Source: Planctomycetota bacterium
GTDB taxonomy: Bacteria > Planctomycetota > Planctomycetia > JALXBF01
Length of the DNA stretch: 54,244 bases
Reading direction: 5' to 3'
Assembly (NCBI GenBank): GCA_026991575.1
Contig: JALXBF010000110.1
Span: 1 to 54,244, forward strand
Made by a program: the position numbers and the translations under genes. The notes below the pieces were generated by a model. It worked only from the letters and a program-made list of their open reading frames with translations, was not told the origin of the DNA and searched no databases. Of this stretch, positions 18,619-28,157 are shown in pieces. The first letter of the stretch is position 1. Every line of letters starts with the position of its first letter.

Positions 18619-21411
18619 ATGAACCAAAGGCTCATCGCAGCAAGCGCTACCGCAGCTCTAGCCGCCTGCGTCCTGTTTGCAGCCGGTCCATCCGGAAAGG
18701 AACCCACCGAGAACGGGTCTGCCGGGCAATGGATCCACATCGTCTTTGGGCTCGATGGCAAAGCCGCCGACTGGAGTGGATCGATCACTGCCGAGCAGGC
18801 AACGCTCGTTGAGCTGTTGCCGTGGGGATTCGAGGCGCGGGACCGATTCAGCGCAGCGAACCGTAGCTGGCAGTGCACAACAGAGCTGCGCCGCGGTCGT
18901 AGCGCGAACAGCTTCGCCGAGCCTTACCGCGGACTGTTCGTAAGACTGGCCGACGTCCGGCCGACCAGTACCCTCCGGCTCAAGACCAAACAAGGCCAGT
19001 TCGTGGTGCCGGTGGCCGAATTGACCTACGAGACGCGCTGGTTGTTTGCCGATGGCCGGGCATTTGCTCAGAGGGTCCCCGCACCACGGGCCATCGCCGG
19101 GAAGACCGGCACCCATGATGACTTCCCTTCCGCCGTCACCGATCGGAACGGAAACACGTGGGTGGCCTGGATTCGTTTTGACGAGCAGAACCTGCGCGAC
19201 GAACTCCTTGTCGCAAACCTGGCTGCGCCGGGACAGGCACCGGAGGCCGTGCCTGCTGGCCGCTACGTGAGCAGCGCCCAGTTGACGGTTGATGAACGGG
19301 GGATCCTGACGTTGTTCTGGTGCGAATGGGATGGCGACGATTGGGACATCTACCGGAGTCGCCGACAAGACGGGCGCTGGAGCAAGCCGGAGGCAATCGT
19401 CAACGACAAGGGCAACGACATCTTCCTTCAGGTTGATCGCGGACCGGACGGGGCGAACTGGCTCGTTTGGCAGGCCTACCGCCCGGGCCGTCCCGAAAGC
19501 CAGATCTTCTGCTTGCGATTGCACGGCGGCGAATTGGCCGGACCGGTGGCCGTGACAGCGGGTCCGGGCAACAAGTGGGAGCCGGCCGTCGATGTTGCAC
19601 CAGATGGGACTGCCTGGATCGCGTACGACTCGTACGAGCGTGGAAACTACGACGTATTCCTTGTCGCGGTGCGGGCCGATGGGGGAAAGCTGGTGGTGGA
19701 CCAGCCGGTGCCGATTGCCACCACGGCCGACTTCGAAGCTCACGCCGCGGTGGATGCCCAGGACGAACGCTTCGTATGGGTGGCTTACGATGCAGCCGGC
19801 CCGAACTGGGGCAAGGATTACGCGCGGTACAGCACGCGGCGTAACGGCCGTTATGCCGAACCGCTGCATGCTAGTCGGCGGATCGAATTGAGGGCCTATG
19901 ATCCAAGGCGTGGTCAGCTGTGGCAACCGGCAGCTCCCCTGCCACAGCTCCGCAACCCGCGTATGCCGGCACGCATCGCGCACAGCTACCAAGAGGAGGT
20001 GATCCGCTTCTACGAACTGCCTCAGCTGGCGCGCGATTCGGCAGGGCGCCTCTGGGTCCTGTACCGCCTAAACCGGCAGGGGTACGCGGGGCATCCGCGG
20101 AAGGGTGCCGTGTGGGAGCTGTGCGCTGCCACCATGCTGGACGGCCGGTGGATCGCGCCGCTTATTTTTCCTCACAGTCGGGGCCGCCAGGAGCAGAAGG
20201 CAGCCATCGCGCGTTCTCCAGCGGGAACGGTCGTGGCCTGGGCCAGTGGGCATCACCACGTGGACCGGCCTTATCGGCTGTTCTGGACCACACTGCCGGA
20301 ACTCGCCGGCCAGCAGCATTGGACACTGCAGCCCGCTACCGCGGGGAACGCACCGTTGCAGGTGGAGACTCCGGTCAGGAGCTGGCACATAGAGCGCAAC
20401 GGGCAAAGGCTGGAAGTGGTTTTCGGCGACCTGCATCGGCATACGGAAATCAGCCTCTGCACCCCGACCGTCGACGGATCACTGACCGAAACGTATCGGT
20501 ACGCGATCGACGCGGCCAAGCTCGACTTCCTGGCCGTCACCGATCACACGCGTGATACGGACCCGTACCCCTGGTGGCTGACGCAGAAGGCAGCGGACTA
20601 CTTCTACCACCCGGGCTACTTCGTATCCATCTACGCGTACGAGCGGAGTAATGCGATCGTAAACGGAGGTCATCGGAACGTGTTTTTCCGAGACCGCAAC
20701 TGGCCTGTGCTGCGCAGTGACGCGCACTACGCATGGGCCAAGCTACCGCGGCCGGACACGCGGCCGAATGTGTCGCTCTACCCGCGGTTGCGGGGCCGAT
20801 GGGCGTTTACGATCGCACACACGCCGGGCTTCAATCGCCGCGAGCAGCGAGGCACGTGGACGTATCACGATCCCCAGGTGGAGCCGGTGGCAGAGATTTT
20901 CCAGGCTTACCGGCGCGACTACGAGCGACCGGGCCGCGGTGTTCCCGAGGAGGCCAGCCTTTGGTACGCGTTGGGCCGGGGCCACCGGTTGGGATTCATC
21001 GCTTCCAGCGATCATCATTCCACGCACCTGTCGTACGCTTGCGTCTGGGCAGCGGCCCGGACGCGAGAGGCAATCTTTGAGGGCATTCGCTCCAGGCATA
21101 CCTACGGTGCCATGGACAAGATCTTGCTAGAGGTGCGGCTGGGTGATGCCTTGATGGGGGACAAGCTGCGGGTCGGAGCTGTGGGGCAGATCCCGACGCT
21201 ACGGATCCGCGTCCGTGGCACGGCTCCGATCGAAGAGCTTCAGATCGTCCGCTCCTCGCGGGTCATCGCCACGCTGCAGCCCGGAACAACGGACGTCAGC
21301 GTGACGTACAAAGACGAGGACTACCCTGGTGGGAAGTGTTACTACTACGTGCGGGTGAGGCAGACCGATGGCAGTGTCGCGTGGGGGTCTGCGATCTGGC
21401 TGGCGCCGTAG
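18619..21411 (+). CDS. Secreted multidomain protein: beta-propeller-like repeats plus PHP-fold (DUF3604/CehA-McbA-like) metallohydrolase
   Basis: Signal peptide; repeated P-x-(AV)-x-D-x-x-G-x-x-WVAW blades; FGDLHRHT, DFLAVTDH, GHRNVFF, GFIASSDHH metal ligands; YYYVRVRQxDGxxAWGSAIW C-terminus. Confidence 0.75.
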   Translation: MNQRLIAASATAALAACVLFAAGPSGKEPTENGSAGQWIHIVFGLDGKAADWSGSITAEQATLVELLPWGFEARDRFSAANRSWQCTTELRRGRSANSFAEPYRGLFVRLADVRPTSTLRLKTKQGQFVVPVAELTYETRWLFADGRAFAQRVPAPRAIAGKTGTHDDFPSAVTDRNGNTWVAWIRFDEQNLRDELLVANLAAPGQAPEAVPAGRYVSSAQLTVDERGILTLFWCEWDGDDWDIYRSRRQDGRWSKPEAIVNDKGNDIFLQVDRGPDGANWLVWQAYRPGRPESQIFCLRLHGGELAGPVAVTAGPGNKWEPAVDVAPDGTAWIAYDSYERGNYDVFLVAVRADGGKLVVDQPVPIATTADFEAHAAVDAQDERFVWVAYDAAGPNWGKDYARYSTRRNGRYAEPLHASRRIELRAYDPRRGQLWQPAAPLPQLRNPRMPARIAHSYQEEVIRFYELPQLARDSAGRLWVLYRLNRQGYAGHPRKGAVWELCAATMLDGRWIAPLIFPHSRGRQEQKAAIARSPAGTVVAWASGHHHVDRPYRLFWTTLPELAGQQHWTLQPATAGNAPLQVETPVRSWHIERNGQRLEVVFGDLHRHTEISLCTPTVDGSLTETYRYAIDAAKLDFLAVTDHTRDTDPYPWWLTQKAADYFYHPGYFVSIYAYERSNAIVNGGHRNVFFRDRNWPVLRSDAHYAWAKLPRPDTRPNVSLYPRLRGRWAFTIAHTPGFNRREQRGTWTYHDPQVEPVAEIFQAYRRDYERPGRGVPEEASLWYALGRGHRLGFIASSDHHSTHLSYACVWAAARTREAIFEGIRSRHTYGAMDKILLEVRLGDALMGDKLRVGAVGQIPTLRIRVRGTAPIEELQIVRSSRVIATLQPGTTDVSVTYKDEDYPGGKCYYYVRVRQTDGSVAWGSAIWLAP

Positions 21412-21420
21412 TCTCGCCAT

Positions 21421-21463
21421 AAAGAAACCCTGCCGACCCCGACGAGGCGGGCTATCGGCAGGG
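21421..21463 (-). terminator. Intrinsic terminator (minus strand)
   Basis: CCCTGCCGA...TCGGCAGGG perfect 9-bp stem with an inner CCCG/CGGG stem, followed by TTTCTTT. Confidence 0.75.
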
Positions 21464-21484
21464 CCGAAACAGAGTAGAGGCTAT
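21421..21484 (-). ncRNA. Candidate small RNA of about 64 nt
   Basis: Bounded by a near-consensus promoter and a same-strand terminator, with no ORF inside. Confidence 0.5.
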
Positions 21485-21489
21485 CGCAC

Positions 21490-21517
21490 AGCATACCGAT
21501 CTTTGCGGATTTTTCAA
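21490..21517 (-). promoter_or_regulatory. Sigma70-type promoter driving the candidate sRNA
   Basis: TTGAAA-N16-TATGCT with an A-tract (GAAAAAAG) upstream of the -35. Confidence 0.6.
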
Positions 21518-21750
21518 GTCCTTTTTTCACCCATCCATGGCCGCTGAGCGGGCTAGCACGGTAGCGTCTCGGCCAGGTGCACGTGGTGTGGCCGGGGACT
21601 TCGAGAGCGACGTGTGCCAGCCAAAGGGTGGTCTCTGCACCGATTGCCCGGTTCACTCGGCCGTAGGGCGCACGCAACGGGCCGGGATGCCGGTAAACTA
21701 AGCGAACACCCACGGACGCCTGTTCCCGGGCCGGACACTGGAGCAGAAGC

Positions 21751-22452
21751 GTGAACGAAGAACGGAAGAGAGCAATCGCTGTTCTGGAACAGCAGGCGCC
21801 GTCGTTCTTCACGGCGTGCATCAGTCGCGAGACTGGTTCGCGCGGCCGCACGATCGGCAACGTCGTGGCGCGCAAGATGGGCTGGACGTTGTACGACCAG
21901 GAGCTGCTGGAGTACATCGCGCGCGTGGAGCATGCCCGCCAGGAGGTTTTCGAACAGTTGAGTCCGGACGCCCGCGACTGGATCATTGCCTGGCGCGATG
22001 CCATTCTGGCAGAGGATGCCGCGGGGGAGGATTACATCCGACGGCTCGTGCAGGTGGTGCTCAGTGTTGCCATGACGGGCAAGGCCGTGTTCGTCGGACG
22101 AGGTGCCTGCTTCATTGTGCCCCGTGTTCGGTGCGTCAGCGTGCGGGTCATCGGCAGCCTGGAAAACCGTGTCACGTACTTATGTCAGCGGGAGCGGATG
22201 TCGCCGGAAGCGGCCGAGGAGTACATCCGCAGGACCGACGGGCAGCGCACGGAGTTCGTGCGGCGTTACTTTGGCCGTGATCCGCAGGACCCCCACAACT
22301 ACGATCTCATCCTGGATGGTGGTGCCCTGGGCGAGGAGCTCTGTGGCGAACTGATCGTGACGGCCATCCACGGCAAGCAACTCTACCAGGAAGATCGGGC
22401 ACGCCGCCAGACCCGCCCCTCGCCCGTCCCAGGCACAACAGAAGGAGCCTGA
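21751..22452 (+). CDS. Cytidylate kinase-like family protein
   Basis: ISRETGSRGRTIG..VARKMGWTLYDQELL, VFVGRGA, D..R..FVRRYF..DP..YDLILD. Confidence 0.85.
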   Translation: MNEERKRAIAVLEQQAPSFFTACISRETGSRGRTIGNVVARKMGWTLYDQELLEYIARVEHARQEVFEQLSPDARDWIIAWRDAILAEDAAGEDYIRRLVQVVLSVAMTGKAVFVGRGACFIVPRVRCVSVRVIGSLENRVTYLCQRERMSPEAAEEYIRRTDGQRTEFVRRYFGRDPQDPHNYDLILDGGALGEELCGELIVTAIHGKQLYQEDRARRQTRPSPVPGTTEGA

Positions 22453-22454
22453 GC

Positions 22455-23576
22455 ATGCCGCGGGTGTTGGACCCGGTTCAGCTTGCTTCTGAGCTGATCG
22501 AGCTGCCGTCGCCCAGCACGGAAAGCAATCGGGCGCTTGCCGAGCGCGTTGCCGGGTATTTGGAGGCGATCGGTTTTGACGCGGTGGAGTGGATTGACTA
22601 TGAGCTGCCCGCGGGCACGGAGAAATGCTGTCTCGTGGCGCGGCGAGGCACCGGCCACGGCGGCCTTGCTTTTGTGAGTCACCTGGACACGGTGCCGGCG
22701 CGGGAGTACCGCGCGCGGCTAGAAGGAGACCGACTGTACGGACGCGGTGCTTGTGACATGAAGGGGCCACTGGCAGCCCTGCTCGCGGCAGCTTCCCGCG
22801 TTGATCCGGCGCAGCAGCGTGCGGCTCTGTACGTGATCTGCACGGCGGACGAAGAGATCGGCTATCACGGTGCGCGTGCGGTGGTGCAGTCGTCGGAGCT
22901 GTTCCGTGCCCTGGTCGACTCAGGGACGGCCGCCATCATCACGGAACCCACCGAACTGGCGGTGGTCTATGGCCACAAGGGCACCGTGCTGTTCACGGCC
23001 ACCGCTCGAGGTACTGCGGCACACAGTTCGACGGCAGACGGCGACAGTGCTGTTCTGAAGGCGGTCCCATTTCTTGCCGAGATGAAGGCAATCCACGACG
23101 AATTCCGCTACGACCCCCGCTGGCATGACCGGCGATTCGATCCCCCCTGGCCTGGTTGGAACATCGTCGTGACCGACTACGATACTCCCGTGAATGTCAC
23201 CGCTCCCCGCTGCACGGTCCGTGTCGGCTGGCGTCCGATGCCAGGTCAGCCGATTGCGCCGGTTGTTTCCCGCGTGCGGCAAGCCGCCGAGAAGTACGGG
23301 CTAGAGCTCGAAGTGCTGGGCGAGGACCTGCAGGCACTGTTCGTCGAGCCGGACTCACCGCTGGTGCGCGACGTGGTTCGCGTGACGGGGGCGAGCGAAA
23401 TGCGCGTTGTCCCGTATGGCACCGATGGCTGCGTGTTTGGTAAGTACCTGCAGATGGTGGTCTTCGGACCGGGCAGCATCCAGCAGGCTCACCGCGACGA
23501 CGAGTACATCGAATTGGCTCAGCTCCGGGCAGGCGTCGCGGCTTACGAGGCGCTGTTACGCGCTTTTTGTTGTTAG
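22455..23576 (+). CDS. argE: Acetylornithine deacetylase / M20 metallopeptidase
   Basis: SHLDTVP, GRGACDMKG, ADEEIG, EPT, GTDG, GPGSIQQAHRDDEYI. Confidence 0.82.
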   Translation: MPRVLDPVQLASELIELPSPSTESNRALAERVAGYLEAIGFDAVEWIDYELPAGTEKCCLVARRGTGHGGLAFVSHLDTVPAREYRARLEGDRLYGRGACDMKGPLAALLAAASRVDPAQQRAALYVICTADEEIGYHGARAVVQSSELFRALVDSGTAAIITEPTELAVVYGHKGTVLFTATARGTAAHSSTADGDSAVLKAVPFLAEMKAIHDEFRYDPRWHDRRFDPPWPGWNIVVTDYDTPVNVTAPRCTVRVGWRPMPGQPIAPVVSRVRQAAEKYGLELEVLGEDLQALFVEPDSPLVRDVVRVTGASEMRVVPYGTDGCVFGKYLQMVVFGPGSIQQAHRDDEYIELAQLRAGVAAYEALLRAFCC

Positions 23577-24048
23577 CCCCGACGGCCTACCACGCCAGGC
23601 CGCGTGAGCCCATGCCCCCAGGCGAGTTTCCTGCCACATGGTAGCTACCTATCCCGGGCTTGTGGTCGAGCGGCAGGCTCCGTACCGTGACGTGGGGGGC
23701 TCTTGGCATCTCTGGCCGAGGCACGGGCAACCGCGTGTGGCTACGGAGATGCAAGTGGGAATGGACTGGTTTCGCGGGCCTGTCAACGCCGGCAGCTAGC
23801 GATCCTGCCGGTGCGATGGCCGGTCATCAGATTGACCTGTTGCCATCAAGTGGGGCCGGCACCGCTGCATAGCAACCGACAGTCCGGCCCCGGTACCGAT
23901 TCAAGCGTATCCCCCAAATCAAGCGATCGAAAGGGCGCCTTCGACGTCAGCTGACGTGCCCGCTTTGGGCGTCCAGGAGAAGGGGCGACGGGGCGGACAT
24001 TCAGGCGTGGCTGACCGCTTCCAGTCGGGCCTGCTTCAAGATGGTGCA

Positions 24049-25020
24049 TCAACTGCACGGTGCTGGGACGCATGAGAGTGGTTGCCCGGGATCGTCGATG
24101 GCCACGATGGTGATCCCGGCTTCGTCGGCCGCTGCGATAGTCCGTTCCGGCTCCAGCAAGATGGTTCGCCACGCTTCAATAGCCAGCGCGCTTGCTCCGG
24201 CCGCCTTCATGCTTTCGATCGTCTCGGGCCCGACCGTTGGCACATCGAACCGCGGGTCCTGCTGGGGCTTTGCGACTTTGACCACCACGAATTTCCGCAG
24301 CCCGCACAGTTCTCCGGCACGACGGATGCATCGGTCAGTACCTTCGATCGCTTCCACCGCTAGGGTGGCGCACTCTTTGACGGCTACGGTTTGCCCGACG
24401 TCCAGGCGGCCCATTTCGCGGGCAAGTTGCCAGCCGAAGCGGATATCGGCCCATTCCGCCTTTGTCGGTTCTCGTCGGGTGAGTACCCCGGGCCGCACCA
24501 ACAGCTCGGGGCAGATCTCCAACGCCGACCGCACGACGATGCCCTCCTGTTCGAACTCCTCGATCACGGCCTCTAGCATCCGGTCGTCCTTGCGATTGTC
24601 CCGGCAGCGCACCAGATAGAGTCGCACAGCGCGCCAATCGGGCCAGTAGCGCAGGACGCGCCAACGGCTGAGCAGTTCGTGCTTGTAAACTTTGCCGGCG
24701 AGCACCAGCTGGCGCACGCGATGTCGCCGCAGCAGTCGGATCATGCGGCCCAGCCGCGCGATGCCGACCTCGTAGAAAACGGTCGCCAACTGTTCGAGCC
24801 GCTCGTGGGCCAGACCACGCAGAGCGAGGCACACGAGCTCGTGTCCGCGTGCGCGGGCCGCTTCTGCGAAACGTACCGGGAACAGGCCTGCACCGGCGAT
24901 GAGACCTACCCGCCGCTCGAACGGCCTCTCACCCGTGCGGCTCACCAGCCACAGCCGTGTTGCAAGCGGTAGGTCACGGCACTCAACCGGCGCGGCGGCG
25001 TTGCTCGAGCTGTCCGTCAT
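24049..25020 (-). CDS. lpxI: UDP-2,3-diacylglucosamine pyrophosphatase LpxI
   Basis: [58 protein letters not shown] at 25020 with GAGGAG SD. Confidence 0.92.
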   Translation of the reverse strand: MTDSSSNAAAPVECRDLPLATRLWLVSRTGERPFERRVGLIAGAGLFPVRFAEAARARGHELVCLALRGLAHERLEQLATVFYEVGIARLGRMIRLLRRHRVRQLVLAGKVYKHELLSRWRVLRYWPDWRAVRLYLVRCRDNRKDDRMLEAVIEEFEQEGIVVRSALEICPELLVRPGVLTRREPTKAEWADIRFGWQLAREMGRLDVGQTVAVKECATLAVEAIEGTDRCIRRAGELCGLRKFVVVKVAKPQQDPRFDVPTVGPETIESMKAAGASALAIEAWRTILLEPERTIAAADEAGITIVAIDDPGQPLSCVPAPCS

Positions 25021-26068
25021 CTCCTCTGCTTCGTACTCCGGTCGGTTTCTCAAGCGACTGCACCCGGCGTGTCAAGTCCCGGACCGACTCCCACAGCTGG
25101 GGCAGCTTGCGGAACACCGTGTAGGTTTTCCGCGCCTCGCGCTCCGGTTGAGCAGGAATACCAAGCACGGTGGTCCTGGAGTCGACGCTGGCGATCACGC
25201 CGGCCATCGCGCCAATGGTCACGTGATCGCCGATGGTCAGATGATCGCGCACGCCGGCCTGGCCACCGATCATCACGCAGCGGCCCGTGGTGGTGGACCC
25301 GGCAATGCCGACTTGAGCGGCGATCAGGTTGTTCGGGCCGATCCGGCAGTTGTGTGCAATCTGCACCAGATTGTCGATCTTGGTCCCGCGGCCAATTCGT
25401 GTCTCTTCGAAGGTGCCGCGATCGATCGTGGCATTGGCACCGATCTCCACATCGTCCTCAACGATCAGCTGCCCGAGGTGCTCCACGTGCACCAGCCCGC
25501 GGCTGGTTCTCCGATAACCGAAGCCATCGGCTCCCAGCACGGCCCCGGCGTGGACGATCACCCGGTTCCCCAAGACCGTGCGCGGGTACAGGACGACGCG
25601 GGGGTGCAACACGCAGTCGGCGCCGATCATACAACCGTCGCCGATCACCACGCCGGCTCCGATCACGGACCGCTCTCCAATCACAACCCCTTTGCCGATG
25701 TAAGCGTGGGCGCCAACTGCCACGCCTGGAGCCAGTTGCGCCGTGGGGTCGACGACTGCGGTTGGATGGATCCCTTCTGGGCGGTGGATCTCCAGCCCGC
25801 GGATCCGCTTCAGCACGAGGGCAAACGCCTCGATCGGGCATTCCACGCGAACGAGCGCCACCTGGTCCGGGGCCGGGGTCGGCCAGTCCCGCGCGACGAT
25901 CACGGCCGAAGCGGTACAGCGGCTGAGGTCTTCGTCCGTTCTGCCCTCCCAGAACGTGATGTCGCCCCGGCCGGCCTTCGCCCAGACCTTTGCGTCGCTG
26001 ATCAAGATCGTCTCATCGCCCTCGATCGTTCCATCGATCCAGGCAGCGATCGTTCTGAGCTCGATCAT
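24983..26068 (-). CDS. lpxD: UDP-3-O-(3-hydroxyacyl)glucosamine N-acyltransferase
   Basis: Hexapeptide repeats, [33 protein letters not shown]. Confidence 0.95.
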   Translation of the reverse strand: MIELRTIAAWIDGTIEGDETILISDAKVWAKAGRGDITFWEGRTDEDLSRCTASAVIVARDWPTPAPDQVALVRVECPIEAFALVLKRIRGLEIHRPEGIHPTAVVDPTAQLAPGVAVGAHAYIGKGVVIGERSVIGAGVVIGDGCMIGADCVLHPRVVLYPRTVLGNRVIVHAGAVLGADGFGYRRTSRGLVHVEHLGQLIVEDDVEIGANATIDRGTFEETRIGRGTKIDNLVQIAHNCRIGPNNLIAAQVGIAGSTTTGRCVMIGGQAGVRDHLTIGDHVTIGAMAGVIASVDSRTTVLGIPAQPEREARKTYTVFRKLPQLWESVRDLTRRVQSLEKPTGVRSRGDDGQLEQRRRAG

Positions 26069-26133
26069 GGGTACCTCTTCCGTGCGTTCAGAGCACGAGC
26101 GGTTCCGTCCGTGCTGCTGCTTTCGTGCGGCCG

Positions 26134-26162
26134 ATCCTACCGAAGCTATCGGTCGTGCACAA
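26134..26162 (-). promoter_or_regulatory. Putative sigma70 promoter of lpxD-lpxI
   Basis: TTGTGC-N17-TAGGAT. Confidence 0.4.
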
Positions 26163-26248
26163 GGTGGAACGCGACCAAATCAGGTCGCGCATGCGGGCAG
26201 TGTTCCGGTTCTGCAGCCCTGGGGTCGACGTTGCCGACATGGGCCGGT

Positions 26249-26276
26249 TTGACCGGCATCGGGCCCAAGCTATGGT
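26249..26276 (+). promoter_or_regulatory. Putative sigma70 promoter of the HD-GYP/HDOD gene
   Basis: TTGACC-N16-TATGGT; implies the real start is downstream of the ATG at 26280. Confidence 0.5.
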
Positions 26277-26333
26277 TGCATGGGTGATCGCGGCAAACGT
26301 GGAGAGCCACTCGCAGTATGGAGCGAGCTAGCG

Positions 26334-28157
26334 ATGGTCACGATGGTATGCGACGCGTTGAGGGCGCAGTACGCGCGACGTGGCGGTGATTCGCCGCCGC
26401 GGATCCTGCTGTTCAGCTCGCCGGAAGTGCGCGACGATTGGAACGAGGGATGCTTCGAAGACGGCTTCGAGGTGCGGGTCGCCACCGACTACGAGGGGCT
26501 CGGGCGCCTGGTTGCGCAGGAAGAATTCGACGTTCTGCTCTGTGTGGGCAGTTTCGACGAGAGGACGCTTGCAGGCATCCTGCGTTACTCCCAGCAGCTA
26601 GCCGATCAGTGCTTCACGCTGCTGGTCCCGAAGGGCCGCGATTGCTCTGCACTGATTCCATCCGGCTCAGCTAACGACGGTCTGCTGGTGTTGCCGGCCG
26701 ACACAGGAATCCCCGAGGCTCGTTTCCTGTGCCAGCAGCTTGCGCGCAAGGTGCAACGCTGCAAACGTGGCGAGCAACTGGCCGGGCTCCTAGACGGTCT
26801 GGTGGCCAGTCTGGTCCATGCCCTGGAAATCCGGCAGCCTGTCGAAGTTGGCCATTCGACGCGTGTGGCCCATTATGCCCTGGCGATTGCCCACGAGCTT
26901 GGCGTGCCTGAAGAGGACCGGATCACGCTTCGGCTCGGGGCGCTGCTACACGATGTCGGCAAACTCACGCTGCCTGGGCTCGTACTGGGCAAGCCCGCCG
27001 AATTAACCGAGGAAGAGTACGCCATCGCCCGTGCCCACACCACGAGAGGCTACCGGCTGCTGTCAGGGGTTGCTGGCCTGCGCGAAGTGCGCGACATCGT
27101 GCGCTGGCACCATGAAGCCTACGACGGGTCAGGTTACCCCGATGGTTTGCGCGGCGGCCAGATCCCGCTGCTGGCACGGATCGTCGCTGTAGCCGAGACC
27201 TATGACGCCATGACTTCGCCCCGGCCGTATCAGACGCCGGTCAGCCACGAAGAGGCGCTGGCGAAGCTGACCGAGGCTGCCGGCAAGCAGTTCGACCCGG
27301 AAGTCGTGGCAGCTCTGGAACGCCTCCGTGTCCATCAGAACATCTGGAAGACGCTCGAGCGCAGCGACAACCTGCCGGTCATCTCCGCCGTGCTCACCCG
27401 GGCGCTGGAGCTGCTGTGCACGCCGCAACCGGACTTCGAAGAGCTCGCGCAGGTACTTGGCTCTGACCCCGGCTTCGTCACCCGCATCCTGCGCTACGTC
27501 AACTCGGCCCGGTTCGGGCTGCTAACCCAGGTCACCGACATTCGCCGTGCCCTGGTCGTGCTCGGCATGAGGCAGATTTATCGCATCGTCGTAGCAGCGA
27601 GCACGCGCGACGTGCTCAGTACCGACGAACTCCGCGACCTCTGGGAGCATTCGCTCACCACAGCCTTCGCCGCCGAGACAATCGCGGTCAGTGCGCCGTC
27701 GGTCCTGCCGAACGAGGCGTTTCTTGCCGGGCTTCTACACGACCTGGGCAAGGTTGTTCTCTGCCGCGCGTTCCCGTCAGCCTATCGCAAGGTCCTGGCC
27801 CTTGAGGAACACGGCGTGATGTCCTACATCGCCGAGACACTCGTCTTCGGCGCGAATCACGCCGAGGTGGGTGCGTGGTTGGCCAAGCGGTGGGACTTGC
27901 CCGATTCGATCGTCACCGCCTTGGAAAAGCATCACAGCTTCGCCGTGGCTGCCGAGCCGCTCGTTGCCGTCGTGGCTTTGGCCGACCAGGCAGCACACAC
28001 GGTAGGCAATCCGTCGCTGGCTTGGATGCCCTTCGATGGCGGCCTGCTGGAACGCTGCGAGCAGACTCCAGAGAACCTGATCCAAATCGCGCGCGAAGCG
28101 AAAGAGAACGCAACCGAGACCATCAGGTCGCTGGAAGAAGCCGACAGCGACGTCTAA
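26334..28157 (+). CDS. Signalling protein: degenerate receiver-like N-terminus, HD-GYP domain and HDOD domain
   Basis: GHSTRV, LLHDVGK, HHEAYDGSGYPDGL, RPY, QFDP (HD-GYP); LPV..DP..RILRYVNS, LWEHS, AGLLHDLGK, HAEVGAWLAKRWDLP..HH (HDOD); start 26334 has a GGAG SD. Confidence 0.88.
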   Translation: MVTMVCDALRAQYARRGGDSPPRILLFSSPEVRDDWNEGCFEDGFEVRVATDYEGLGRLVAQEEFDVLLCVGSFDERTLAGILRYSQQLADQCFTLLVPKGRDCSALIPSGSANDGLLVLPADTGIPEARFLCQQLARKVQRCKRGEQLAGLLDGLVASLVHALEIRQPVEVGHSTRVAHYALAIAHELGVPEEDRITLRLGALLHDVGKLTLPGLVLGKPAELTEEEYAIARAHTTRGYRLLSGVAGLREVRDIVRWHHEAYDGSGYPDGLRGGQIPLLARIVAVAETYDAMTSPRPYQTPVSHEEALAKLTEAAGKQFDPEVVAALERLRVHQNIWKTLERSDNLPVISAVLTRALELLCTPQPDFEELAQVLGSDPGFVTRILRYVNSARFGLLTQVTDIRRALVVLGMRQIYRIVVAASTRDVLSTDELRDLWEHSLTTAFAAETIAVSAPSVLPNEAFLAGLLHDLGKVVLCRAFPSAYRKVLALEEHGVMSYIAETLVFGANHAEVGAWLAKRWDLPDSIVTALEKHHSFAVAAEPLVAVVALADQAAHTVGNPSLAWMPFDGGLLERCEQTPENLIQIAREAKENATETIRSLEEADSDV

